From: an uncultured Phycisphaerales bacterium
Lineage (GTDB): Bacteria > Planctomycetota > Phycisphaerae > Tepidisphaerales > Tepidisphaeraceae
Direction: 5' to 3'
Assembly: GCA_963844715.1 (NCBI GenBank)
Contig: CAWJPJ010000008.1
Location: forward strand, 480,001-544,000
DNA length: 64,000 nt
A program made the translations under genes and the position numbers. Each line of letters starts with the position of its first letter. The first letter of the stretch is position 1. The notes beneath the pieces were generated by a model, which saw only the letters and a program-made list of their open reading frames with translations, did no database searches and had not been told where the DNA came from. Shown piece after piece: positions 33,601-43,151 of the stretch.

Positions 33601-34020
33601 TCAGGGGACGATCGCGTCGGCTTCGATTTCGATCTGAGCCTCGGCGTCGATAAGTTTGGCCACCTGGACGATGGCCGTGGCGGGGCGGATTGAGCCGAAC
33701 AGTTCGCCATGGACCTGGGCGACCTGCTCCCATTTTGAGACGTCGGTTACATACATTCGCGTACGGATGACGTGCTCGAGCTTTCCGCCGAGGGCTTCGA
33801 CGGCGGCTTGGATGATCGCCAGGGACCGGCGGGTTTGTTCGGCGAGGGTTTTGGGGTATTTGCCGTCCGGGCCGATTCCGACTGTGCCGGAGACGGCGAT
33901 GACGTTGCCGCTGCGCACGGCGCGGGAATATCCCATTTTGGGTTCCCATGCCGAGCCGGAACTGGCGGTTTGGCGGCCGTTTTTGGTTGTCACGGTGAGA
34001 CGAATGTCGTTTGCGGGCAT
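33601..34020 (-). CDS. RidA family protein
   Basis: GYSRAVR, VSGT, VIRTRMYV, RPATA, IEIEADA. Confidence 0.9.
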   Translation of the reverse strand: MPANDIRLTVTTKNGRQTASSGSAWEPKMGYSRAVRSGNVIAVSGTVGIGPDGKYPKTLAEQTRRSLAIIQAAVEALGGKLEHVIRTRMYVTDVSKWEQVAQVHGELFGSIRPATAIVQVAKLIDAEAQIEIEADAIVP

Positions 34021-34064
34021 TTAGCAATCCTCCGATCGGTGGGATCATAGTAAAATCCGCGGCC

Positions 34065-34475
34065 ATGCAAACTCGCACGGTGCAAACGGATCGGCGCTGC
34101 CAGATGATCGATGTAACCCATCTGGTGGCGGCCGAGGTGAGAGAGGGGAAAATTCGGTCGGGGATGGCGATCGTTTATGTGCCGCATACGACGGCGGCGG
34201 TGACCATCAACGAAAACGCGGACCCGGATGTGCAGCACGATCTGCTGGGTAAGCTTCAGGAATTGGTCCCGAAGTCGGAAAGCTATTACGAACATGGAGA
34301 GGGGAACAGCGACAGCCATGTAAAAACGTCGCTGGTGGGGAGCAGCGTGACGGTGTTAATTGAGGGGGGAGAGCTGGTGCTGGGGCAGTGGCAGGGGATA
34401 TTCTTTTGCGAATTCGACGGGCCGCGACGGCGGAGCCTTATTGTCCGCGTGGTTGATTTTGGGAATAAAGGGTAA
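34065..34475 (+). CDS. yjbQ: YjbQ/UPF0047 family protein
   Basis: PHTTAAVTINENADPDV, HGEGNSDSHVK, LGQWQGIFFCEFDGPR. Confidence 0.92.
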   Translation: MQTRTVQTDRRCQMIDVTHLVAAEVREGKIRSGMAIVYVPHTTAAVTINENADPDVQHDLLGKLQELVPKSESYYEHGEGNSDSHVKTSLVGSSVTVLIEGGELVLGQWQGIFFCEFDGPRRRSLIVRVVDFGNKG

Positions 34476-34482
34476 GAGGAGA

Positions 34483-35231
34483 ATGATGACGAAGATTCGG
34501 CGATTGTTTTTGGCGGCGTTGATGGTTCTGCCGGTGGGGGTGGTTGGCGGGCAGACGTTGCCTTCGACGCAGCCGGCGCAGCAAATCGTGGGGGAGCAGG
34601 TTCCTTCGGACGATGCGGTTCTGAAGGATTTTCATTCGCTGGGGCTGGTTGACGGAGAGGTCGATATTTTTCGATCGGCGTGTCCGGTGCGCGATCTGGG
34701 GAAGAAGATGGCGACGACGCAGCCTACGGACGCGGAAATCGACGCGGCGGTGGCGCGGATGCGGCGGCTGCGCGATCTGGGGATTCGGACGGATATCTCA
34801 TTTCTGAATCCGGAAGCCGGCGCCGATGATGACAAAAGCATTCAGGCGACGGTGAATTTGGAGCAGGCGGCGGCGAACGAGGTGGGGCTGAATTATGTTG
34901 CCTTTCCGATCAGCAACGCGGGGGCGAATTCGTTGGAGGAGATGTCGGATCAGGATGTGAAGAACTGGCTGGACCGGGTTACCGCCGCCATTTTGAAAAC
35001 GCCAAAAGCGGCGGGGTGGTTTTCCATTGTTCGGCGGGGCATGACCGGACGGGGCTGGTGACGGCTTATATCCGCATCAAATATCAGCATTGGCCGGTCG
35101 AGCAGGCGGTCGACGAAATGCGCCGGTATGGGCATAACTGGGTGAAGTACTCCGCCGATGGGGGGATCTCTTCCTGGCACGAGGATCATCTGCGGGCGAT
35201 CGCGGAGATGCTGAAGGCCGAGTCCAACTGA
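34483..35231 (+). CDS. Exported tyrosine/dual-specificity phosphatase family protein (frameshift near 35005)
   Basis: Signal peptide; CX5R motif HCSAGHDRTG in the second frame. Confidence 0.8.
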
Positions 35232-35274
35232 CTCGGGTGCGGGTCGCGGGGTTATTCTGTAAGATTTCCGGGCG

Positions 35275-36456
35275 ATGACGCGGGTTCCGGTTCAGGAAGT
35301 GATGCAGGCTGCGCAGAATCACGCCGAGGGCGGCGAGTATGCGGAAGCGGAGCAGGTGTATCGGGCCATTGTGGCGCAGGCGCCGCAGTATGCGGAGGCC
35401 TGGTATGCGCTGGGGATGCTTAAATCGCGATTCGCGGATTATGGCGAGGCGATTGAATTGCTGGGCAAGGCGATAGCCGCGAATCCGGGGGAGGCACGAT
35501 TCCATGACAGCCTGGGGACGATTTTTAAGGGGGAGCAACGGATTCCGGAGGCGATTGCTTGTTTTGAGCGGGCGGTGCAGCTTCGCCCGGATCTGGACGA
35601 GCCGAAGTGGCGTTTGTCTAGCGCGCAGATGGAAGAGATGGAGTTGAGTGCGCCGGCGTGCCGGGTTTCGTATCTCATCGCGTCGCGAAACGATCATTTT
35701 TGCGGGAATCCGATGGATCGGCTGCGGCTGGTGCTGCGGCGGATTTTGGATGTGGGGGGAGATTTTGAAGTGATCGTGGCGGATTGGGGGAGCGATGTTC
35801 CGATTTATGAGGTGATGAAGACGCGTCTGCCGGCGACGGGGAAGATTCGGTTTTTGCATATTTCCGAGAGTGTGACGGAGGGAATGAAGACGCCGTTTTC
35901 GGAGGTGCATGCGTTGAATGCGGCGGTGCGGCGCAGCCGGGGGATATTCGCGGGGAGGCTGGATCAGGACACGCTGATCGGGGACCGGTTCGCGGGGTGG
36001 GTTGGGAATGTTCTGGAGGAGGATGATCGGCGGGCGTATTTTTCGATGAGGCGGGACCTGAAGCCGGGAGCGACGGCGATCGATCGCAAGGCGGCGATTT
36101 GGCGAGGGGTTTCGGCGGATTGGCCGCGATATTTCACCGGGGGGGTGGGGATTCTGCTGGCGCCGCGGCGGCTTTGGCACTGGACGCGCGGGTATGACGA
36201 GAGCCTGGTTTTCAGGAACCACATGGAACACGATTTGTGTCTGCGGTTCGCGAATTTGTGTGGACTGCGGAACCTGGGAGTGCTGATCGAGTGCGATTTT
36301 TATCATCTTTGGCATGAGGAGCCGACGGGAGTGGTGGTGAATAAGCCGAAGGCGCTGGAGCAAATCGTTGCCGATGCGCGGGCGAATCTGCGCGTGAATG
36401 ACGCGAGCTGGGGATTGGGGGAACGTGAGGGGGAGATCACGGAGAGGGTTCATTAG
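35275..36456 (+). CDS. TPR-repeat protein fused to a GT2/GT-A-like glycosyltransferase domain
   Basis: N-terminal TPRs (AWYALG...AIACFERA); EVIVADWGS, NAAVRRSRG, DQD, GYDE. Confidence 0.75.
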   Translation: MTRVPVQEVMQAAQNHAEGGEYAEAEQVYRAIVAQAPQYAEAWYALGMLKSRFADYGEAIELLGKAIAANPGEARFHDSLGTIFKGEQRIPEAIACFERAVQLRPDLDEPKWRLSSAQMEEMELSAPACRVSYLIASRNDHFCGNPMDRLRLVLRRILDVGGDFEVIVADWGSDVPIYEVMKTRLPATGKIRFLHISESVTEGMKTPFSEVHALNAAVRRSRGIFAGRLDQDTLIGDRFAGWVGNVLEEDDRRAYFSMRRDLKPGATAIDRKAAIWRGVSADWPRYFTGGVGILLAPRRLWHWTRGYDESLVFRNHMEHDLCLRFANLCGLRNLGVLIECDFYHLWHEEPTGVVVNKPKALEQIVADARANLRVNDASWGLGEREGEITERVH

Positions 36457-36472
36457 CGGGAGTGGTGTTTCG

Positions 36473-37678
36473 ATGCGGTTTATTTATGCGGACCCGGGAC
36501 TGAAGGATGAGGTGGGGCATCACGCCAACGCGTGCCGGGCGATTACGGGGGAATTGCGATCGCGGGGGATCGAGCCGGAGGTTTTGGCGTTTAAGGATGC
36601 GTCGGCGCGGGTTTGCGAGGCGCTGGGGGCGCGGCCTTATTTTCGGGCCCATACCTACTGGACGACGGATGGGGATGCGGTTTGCGGGTGGCTGAGTAAT
36701 TTTCAGCGGTGTTGGGAGCTGACGGCGGAAGATCTTGCGAGGCTTGCGCCGATGGGGGCCGGGGATGCGTTGTATTTGAACTCGGGGCAGCCGAGCCAGT
36801 TCATGGGGATTGCGCAATGGCTGCGGCGATTGCCGGATGGGCAGCTTCCGCATGTGGTGATGGAATTTGGGACCGATCCGGGCGTGGAAATAAAAGAGAG
36901 CGAGCACGGGTACTCACTGGCGCTTCCCGATCCGCGGGTTGATGAGCGGCCGACGCTGCACCGGTTTGCTTCGCTGTGCGTGCAGCAGCGGACGGCTTCG
37001 CATCTGCATCTGGCGACGTTCGATCCGTTTAGCTCGGAGGTGTTCGGGATTTTGATCAATCGGCCGGTGGGGGTTTTGCCGCTGCTGCAAGGGGCGGCGG
37101 GGAAACTTCGGCTGCGGGAGGGAGGGGGAGGGATTACGGTGGCGGTGCTGGGGCATCAGCGGCCGAGCAAGGGGTATGAGCTGGTGCCGGAGGTGGCGCG
37201 GCTGCTTTTGAAGGCGGATGCGCGGGTGAGATTGCTGATTCACAATGGGGAGCCGTCGCGGTTGCCGGAGGCGCAGGGGGAGATTCGGAAACTGGCGGCG
37301 AGGGAATCGCGCGTGCGCGTGGATGAGCGGGTGGTGGGATTGGAGGAGTGGGGAGGTCTGCTCGAGGAGGCGGATGTGATTTTGTGCCCCTATTTGCCGA
37401 AGGCGTTTCGGGCTTCGTATTCGGCGCTGGCGGCGGAGGCGGTGGCGTCGGGGATTCCGCTGGTGGGGCCGGAGAAGACGACGGTGGCGAGTTTGATGGA
37501 AAGGTTTGGGGTTGGGGCGACGTTTGAGAAATTCGATCCGGCGAGCATCGCGGGGGCGGTTTTGAAAGTGGTGGGGGATTTTGAGAATCAGGCGCGGCGG
37601 TCCCTGGCGGCGGCGGAGAAATGGGGGGAGAGGTATGGGGTGAAAAAAACGGTGAATGCGATTTTGGGGGTGGGGTGA
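36473..37678 (+). CDS. GT-B (GT4-like) glycosyltransferase
   Basis: DPGLKDEVGHH, LGHQRPSKGY, DVILCPY, SALAAEAVASGIP. Confidence 0.75.
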   Translation: MRFIYADPGLKDEVGHHANACRAITGELRSRGIEPEVLAFKDASARVCEALGARPYFRAHTYWTTDGDAVCGWLSNFQRCWELTAEDLARLAPMGAGDALYLNSGQPSQFMGIAQWLRRLPDGQLPHVVMEFGTDPGVEIKESEHGYSLALPDPRVDERPTLHRFASLCVQQRTASHLHLATFDPFSSEVFGILINRPVGVLPLLQGAAGKLRLREGGGGITVAVLGHQRPSKGYELVPEVARLLLKADARVRLLIHNGEPSRLPEAQGEIRKLAARESRVRVDERVVGLEEWGGLLEEADVILCPYLPKAFRASYSALAAEAVASGIPLVGPEKTTVASLMERFGVGATFEKFDPASIAGAVLKVVGDFENQARRSLAAAEKWGERYGVKKTVNAILGVG

Positions 37679-38156
37679 GGTTTGCTGGTGGGTAGGGAGT
37701 TGAGGGGAGAAAGTAGATCGGGGTCGCGGTCGGAGAATTCGACATCTGCGAAAAAGGGTGGGGGGATTTGCTACGCGGGTTTCGCGATTCGACCTGTAAT
37801 TGGGGGAATTTCCTGGGTAAGTGTTGGATCGGGGTTTTAATGGGTTCCGGCGCGGGGGACATTCAGAGATATGGCGACGCCTTTTCTAATGGGCTTTTTG
37901 CGCCCGCTGGTAGAGGGCGTGCGCTGAATGTTTGAAGATGGATTTGCAATTCGATGAAATACAAATGCAATGCAGGGGAGGAGGAAAAACCCCATAAGGC
38001 CCGTCCTGCGGAAACTGCCGGAGTCCTCGCCTGCAACCCTACCACTTTTTCCGACGTCCCCTAACCGTCCATGGGAAAGAACAGTGCGCGCTCGAAAGCA
38101 TCGCAACCCCCCGGTCAGTGAACGCATAAGGCAGCTACTTTATATTTTGTCTGCGG

Positions 38157-38268
38157 TTCAAGGTCACAAATTGTGACTTTAAAAATCGGGGAAGAGTTGG
38201 ACGTTTGAGGTGCCGGCTTGGAACTTCAAGTTCGCGAGGGGAGCTTGGTATCGCAATTTGCGTTACCC
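38157..38268. repeat. Three tandem ~25-bp imperfect palindromes
   Basis: AAGGTCACAAATTGTGACTTT; TTGAGGTGCCGGCTTGGAACTTCAA; TTGGTATCGCAATTTGCGTTACC. Confidence 0.65.
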
Positions 38269-38349
38269 GTTCTCGGGGGATATTTGAAGATTAGGGACGC
38301 GCCGTGCGAGCACGGCCGCTAAAGGGGCGGGGTCCCAGCGTGGGAGGGG

Positions 38350-39810
38350 TTATAGGTTTGGTCGGCGGGTGTGCCAGTCTGTGGCTTTTTCGTACATGCG
38401 GGCGATTTTTAGGAGGGTTTGTTCGCCGAAGTGGGGGCCTAGGAGTTGTAGGCCGATTGGCAATGGTTTTTCTGCGGTGGTGAAACCGCAGGGGAGGCTT
38501 AGGCCTGCGATGGCGGCGATGTTGCAGGTGACGGTGAAGACGTCGCAGAGATACATTTGGAGGGGGTCGCCGGTTTTTTCGCCGGCTTTGAAGGCGGGGG
38601 TGGGGCTGGTGGGGCAGAGGATGACGTCGCATTTTTTGAAGGCTTGGTCGAAATCATTTTTGATTAGGGCTCGGATTTTTAGGGCGCGGAGATAATACGC
38701 GTCGTAATAGCCGGAGGAGAGGGCGTAGGTTCCGATCATGATTCGGCGTTGGACTTCTTCGCCGAAGGCTTCGGCTCGGGATTTGGAGAAGAGTTCGATG
38801 ATGTCCTTGACGGGATCCTTGGTGCGATGGCCGAAGTGGACGCCGTCGTAGCGGGCGAGGTTGCTGCTGGCTTCGCAGGGGGCGATGACGTAGTAGGCGG
38901 CGATGCCGTATTCGGTGTGGGGGAGCGAGACTTCGACGATCTCGGCGCCGAGTTTTTTGTAGGTTTCGATGGCGGCATCCACGGCGGATTTAACCTGGGG
39001 GTCGAGGCCGGCGGTGAGCTGGTATTCCTTGGCGATGCCGATGCGGAGGTTGGGGAAGGGCTGGTCGAGATCTTTTAGGTAATCGGGGACGGGGGTGTTT
39101 ACGCTGGTGGAATCCTTGGGGTCGTGGCCGGCGAGGACGTTCATCAGGAGAGCGGCGTCGGGGACATTGTGTGCGAAGGGGCCGATCTGGTCGAGGCTGG
39201 AGGCGAAGGCGACGAGGCCGTAGCGGGAGACTCGGCCGTAGGTGGGTTTTAGGCCGACGAGGCCGCAGAGGGCGGCGGGTTGGCGGATGGAGCCGCCGGT
39301 GTCGGAGCCGATAGATGCGCAGCACATTCCCGCGGCGAGGGCAGCGGCGGAGCCGCCGGAGGAGCCGCCGGGGACTCTAGTGGTGTCCCAGGGATTGCGG
39401 GTGGTTTTGAAGGCGCTGTTTTCGGTGCTGGAGCCCATGGCGAATTCATCTAAGTTCGTTTTTCCGACGGGGATGGCGCCGGCGGCTTCTAGTTTTTTGC
39501 AAATGGTGGCGTCGTAGGGGGCGCGGAAATTTTCCAGCATTTTGGAGCTGCAGGTGGTGGTGCCGTAGCTGGTGCAGAGGTTGTCCTTGAGAGCGATGGG
39601 GACGCCGGCGAGGGGGCCGGTGATTTTTCCTTCGTCCACTTCTTTTGCGCGCTGGAGGGCGCGGTCGGGGTAGAGGGAATTGAAGGCCTGGATTTTGGGA
39701 TCGAGTTTTGCGATCTGGTCGAGGGCCTGCTGGGTGAGCTGGACGGCGGAGATTTTTTTATCTCGGACGGCGTTTCTGGCGGCAAGGAGGGTGTCGTAGG
39801 CGAGGGGCAT
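38350..39810 (-). CDS. gatA: Asp/Glu-tRNA amidotransferase subunit A
   Basis: KTNLDEFAMGSSTE, GGSSGGS, GSDTGGSIRQPA, SSNLARYDG. Confidence 0.97.
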   Translation of the reverse strand: MPLAYDTLLAARNAVRDKKISAVQLTQQALDQIAKLDPKIQAFNSLYPDRALQRAKEVDEGKITGPLAGVPIALKDNLCTSYGTTTCSSKMLENFRAPYDATICKKLEAAGAIPVGKTNLDEFAMGSSTENSAFKTTRNPWDTTRVPGGSSGGSAAALAAGMCCASIGSDTGGSIRQPAALCGLVGLKPTYGRVSRYGLVAFASSLDQIGPFAHNVPDAALLMNVLAGHDPKDSTSVNTPVPDYLKDLDQPFPNLRIGIAKEYQLTAGLDPQVKSAVDAAIETYKKLGAEIVEVSLPHTEYGIAAYYVIAPCEASSNLARYDGVHFGHRTKDPVKDIIELFSKSRAEAFGEEVQRRIMIGTYALSSGYYDAYYLRALKIRALIKNDFDQAFKKCDVILCPTSPTPAFKAGEKTGDPLQMYLCDVFTVTCNIAAIAGLSLPCGFTTAEKPLPIGLQLLGPHFGEQTLLKIARMYEKATDWHTRRPNL

Positions 39811-39814
39811 GGGC

Positions 39815-40132
39815 TTATCCGGCGGAATCTTCGTCGCCGCCGATGACTTTGGGCACCTTGAAGAAGGGGCCGTCGGAATCGGGGGCGTTTTCGAGAACTT
39901 TTTCGAGGGGGAGACTGGGCTCGACGATGTCATCGCGGAAGACGTTGTGGATGGGCAGGGCGTGAGCCATGGGCTCGACGCCGGTGATGTCGACCTTGGA
40001 GATTTGGGCGACGTAGTCGAGGATGGATTCGAGTTGTCCGGCGAATTTTTGCAGGCGCGATTCGTCGAGGGCCAATCGCGAGAGCATGGCGACGTGGCGG
40101 ACCTGGTCGAGGGTGATTTTCTGGCCGGGCAT
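39815..40132 (-). CDS. gatC: Asp/Glu-tRNA amidotransferase subunit C
   Basis: VRHVAMLSRL...LENAP...FFKVPKVI, upstream of gatA. Confidence 0.93.
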   Translation of the reverse strand: MPGQKITLDQVRHVAMLSRLALDESRLQKFAGQLESILDYVAQISKVDITGVEPMAHALPIHNVFRDDIVEPSLPLEKVLENAPDSDGPFFKVPKVIGGDEDSAG

Positions 40133-40171
40133 GGAGACTAGGGTAACGGCGAAGAATAAAAAGACAAAATG

Positions 40172-40288
40172 AACCGCCAAGCCGCGGAGGACGCCAAGAT
40201 AAGACCGCCAATAAAAATACAGAGGGATTTAAATTTCTTCTTGCGCTCTGAGCTTGGCGTGCTTGGCGTGCTTGGCGTCTTGGCGGTT
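40172..40288. repeat. Nonamer-repeat palindromic element
   Basis: AACCGCCAAG...GACGCCAAG left arm; CTTGGCGTG CTTGGCGTG CTTGGCGT CTTGGCGGTT right arm. Confidence 0.8.
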
Positions 40289-40293
40289 TTATA

Positions 40294-40545
40294 TCAAGCC
40301 GCTGATTTTGTGCGATGCTTGGGTTTTTGGACGAGGCCGTTGCGGATGGCTTTGGCGCTGACTTTGATTCGGACGACCTGGCCGTTGATGACGGCTCGGA
40401 CGCGTTGGATGTTGGGTTTGAATTTTCGGGAGGAGATGCCGGTGATTTTGGTTCCGACGCCGCCGAGGTATTTGGCTTTGCCGCGGTGGGTGACCTTGTG
40501 GCCGTAACTGGTTTTTTTGCCGGTGAAATGACAAGTGCGTGGCAT
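40294..40545 (-). CDS. rpmB: 50S ribosomal protein L28
   Basis: MPRTCHFTGKK...RGKAKYLGGVG...RKFKPNIQ. Confidence 0.95.
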   Translation of the reverse strand: MPRTCHFTGKKTSYGHKVTHRGKAKYLGGVGTKITGISSRKFKPNIQRVRAVINGQVVRIKVSAKAIRNGLVQKPKHRTKSAA

Positions 40546-40737
40546 AGGGGGCCTTGATAGAGAGTTAAAAACTGGTCGGGGGGGACACTTTAGCGAATGC
40601 GGGGGATGATGCAAGTGGGGGGATGGAATGGTGGTGGGGTGGGTTGGGGGTGGGGGGGACCGCGCGGTGCTGCGCACCGCCGCTAAATATGGGGAGGGTG
40701 GGGCGAGATTTTGTGGCTGGCGATGAAAGGGGGATGT

Positions 40738-41795
40738 TTAGGCGGTTAGGGCGGAGAGGCGTGGGATTTGGGGTCTTGGTGATTCGCCGGCGACGTCGGG
40801 GATTTGGACGAGGCCGAGGGGCGCTGTGGTGCCGCGGTCGAGGATTTTTCCGGTGAGCCAGAGGAGGGTTGGGCGACCGGTCTGGCCGTGGCGGAGTAGA
40901 TCGGCGACGGCGTTGGCTTCATCGGCGCTGGTGACGAAGTAGCCGGTGCAGGGGGAATCGTCGGCGCAGCCGATGGCGGCAATGGAGATTCTGCCCGGGA
41001 CGTCGACCTGGGCCTGGGCGAGAAGGTTCAGGGTTTCGCGCGCGCCGGAGAGTGAATCACAGATGCAGGCGGTGGCGCCGTTTTCGACGGCGACGAGGAT
41101 GTCGCGCGGATAGCATGAATCGACGGAGACGTCGGCGCCGTAAGAGGGAGCGAGACGGCGGATGGTTTCGGTGATGAGGGTCTGGTTGCGTCCTTCGACG
41201 GCGACGAAGCGGCGGTGACCGCCGAGGAGAAGATTTCGGGCGATGTGGGAAGCGCCGAGGCGCGGTCGACGAGGACGGCGCTGGTGGAATAGGTTCGGGG
41301 CTCGCGGCCGACGGTGACGACGGGGATGTTTCTCACGAGCAGGTCGCGGACGAAGGGCTCGGGGGTGTTGCCCGCCAAGTCGACGACGGCGGCGAACTGG
41401 CTGAGGAAGCTGGGACGCAGGAGGGCGAGATCGGCGGTGACCTGAGCCTGGGGATTGAGGCTGCGCAGGTGATGGACGATGGCGGGCTCGACATCCTGAT
41501 CGGTGACGAGGAGCCAGGGTCCGTCGGCAGCGGCATCGGCGGCGCTGGAGCCGCGGACAAAGGTGCCACGTCCGATACTGCGGGCGAGCAATCCTTCGGC
41601 GGCGAGATCGGTGAGGGCTTTGCTGAGGGTTTTGGCGTTGACGTGGAAGCGTCGCGCCAGCTCGCGTTCGCCAGGAAGTTTTCCTGAGAGTTCGCCTGAC
41701 TCCACCGCCTGGCGGATTTTTTCGCGCAAGCGTTGGAACTTGTAGCTCATCCCCATGGTTCGACGTCTGGGATGAGTAGAATCTCCGGTTTCCAT
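40738..41795 (-). CDS. GntR-family regulator with LacI/periplasmic-binding-like C-domain (frameshift near 41250)
   Basis: LPGERELARRFHVNAKTLSKAL...GRGTFV; second frame LLGGHRR...VDVPGRISIAAIG. Confidence 0.82.
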
Positions 41796-41809
41796 TTCAA
41801 ATCCTTTTG

Positions 41810-41828
41810 GATGTACGTTACGTACATC
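41810..41828. promoter_or_regulatory. Perfect inverted repeat, candidate GntR operator
   Basis: GATGTACGT-T-ACGTACATC, 15 nt upstream of the GntR start; fits the GT...AC GntR operator pattern. Confidence 0.6.
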
Positions 41829-42092
41829 AGCCGGTAGAAAAGTTTCGACTTATGTTATCGGCCCCATCGCTGCAGGCGAAAAGTGAACCGTGTTACCTTA
41901 TCATTCGGCCAGCGAGTCGCCTGCATTAGACTAATTTTTCGGACGGAGCCTAGATTTAGCAGATTTTGCAATTTCGTCCATATCATCTGTTAGGAAAAAG
42001 ACAAAAGAACGGGCAATGATTCGCCGGCGAACGGATGTTATGCTTAAAATGGGGGCAGGTTGGTGCACCGGGGATTTTAGGAAGGAGCGGGG

Positions 42093-43151
42093 ATGAAACT
42101 ACACAAGGGTTGTCTTTTTGGATTGCTCCTTTCGCTTTTTGCGCCAGGACGGGCCGCCGCAATGGATTGGAAACAGCTCGGGGGGATCGAAGCGGGGGTA
42201 TTGAACAGCCCGGGCTGGGATTTGGCGGCGGATGTGCTGGACCGGTGGGCTTGGAGGCATTCGGGGCGGGAATTGGCGGCGCAGGAGCGGACGTGGGGGC
42301 TATTTTTGCCAGGGAAGATCGACGAAAAGCGGCCGCTGGTGATCTTGGTGCATGGATTGGATGGGGATCGGGGGTCGTGCGCGGATTTGTCGCGGTTGCT
42401 GGAGGCGGATGGATTTCAGACGGGGGTTTTCTGTTATGCGGGGGAGGCGCCGCTGGGTTGCAGCGCTGCAATACTGGCGGAGAATTGCCGGGCGCTGCAT
42501 GAAACGTTTCCGAAACTAACTATCGACTTTGTGACGCAAAGCATGGGGGGGCTGATTGTGCGGGATTATGTGGAGGGGGACGATTACCGCGGGGGGGTGG
42601 ATCGGCTGATCATGATCTGCCCGCCGAATGAGGGGTCGAAGTGGGCGGCGCTTTCGCCGATCAGCAAGCTGGCGGTAAACGAATGGCGGTGGCGGCATGA
42701 TCCGGGGTGGAGCGCGGTGTGGATGATCGGGGAGGGATTGTGCCAGGCGGGGAGGGATTTGGTTCCGGATTCGCGATTTTTGGGGGAGCTGAATGAGCGG
42801 GAGCGGTGCGCGGGGGTGAAGTATACGATCATTGCGGGGAATGAGCCGGTGGGGGATCGGGTGGCGGCGGATTTTTTGGAGGTGGTGGGGAATGCATTGC
42901 CGCTGGCATTGGATGGGGCGTGGCCGAGCAAACAGATTCATGCGTGGGCGACGGCGGGGGCGGAGGCGCTGCGATTCAAGATCGGGGCGAGCGACGGGCC
43001 GGTGAGTTTGCAGAGCGCGGGGCTGGCGGGTGTGGGGGACGTCGTGGTGGTACATGCGGATCATCTGGCGCTGTTTGAATCGGAGGGCGGCGGGGAGCCG
43101 GCGGCTTGGCCGGTGATTCGCCAGCGGCTGGAAGCGAGCGATGGGCACTGA
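42093..43151 (+). CDS. Exported alpha/beta hydrolase (lipase/esterase-like)
   Basis: Signal peptide, ILVHGL, TQSMGG nucleophile elbow, PPNEGS, SDGPV, DH. Confidence 0.85.
   Translation: MKLHKGCLFGLLLSLFAPGRAAAMDWKQLGGIEAGVLNSPGWDLAADVLDRWAWRHSGRELAAQERTWGLFLPGKIDEKRPLVILVHGLDGDRGSCADLSRLLEADGFQTGVFCYAGEAPLGCSAAILAENCRALHETFPKLTIDFVTQSMGGLIVRDYVEGDDYRGGVDRLIMICPPNEGSKWAALSPISKLAVNEWRWRHDPGWSAVWMIGEGLCQAGRDLVPDSRFLGELNERERCAGVKYTIIAGNEPVGDRVAADFLEVVGNALPLALDGAWPSKQIHAWATAGAEALRFKIGASDGPVSLQSAGLAGVGDVVVVHADHLALFESEGGGEPAAWPVIRQRLEASDGH

Noticed and set aside
38157..38268. Possible CRISPR array
   Set aside because: Units are not identical, spacers are only 15-21 nt and no cas genes are present; kept as a palindrome array instead.
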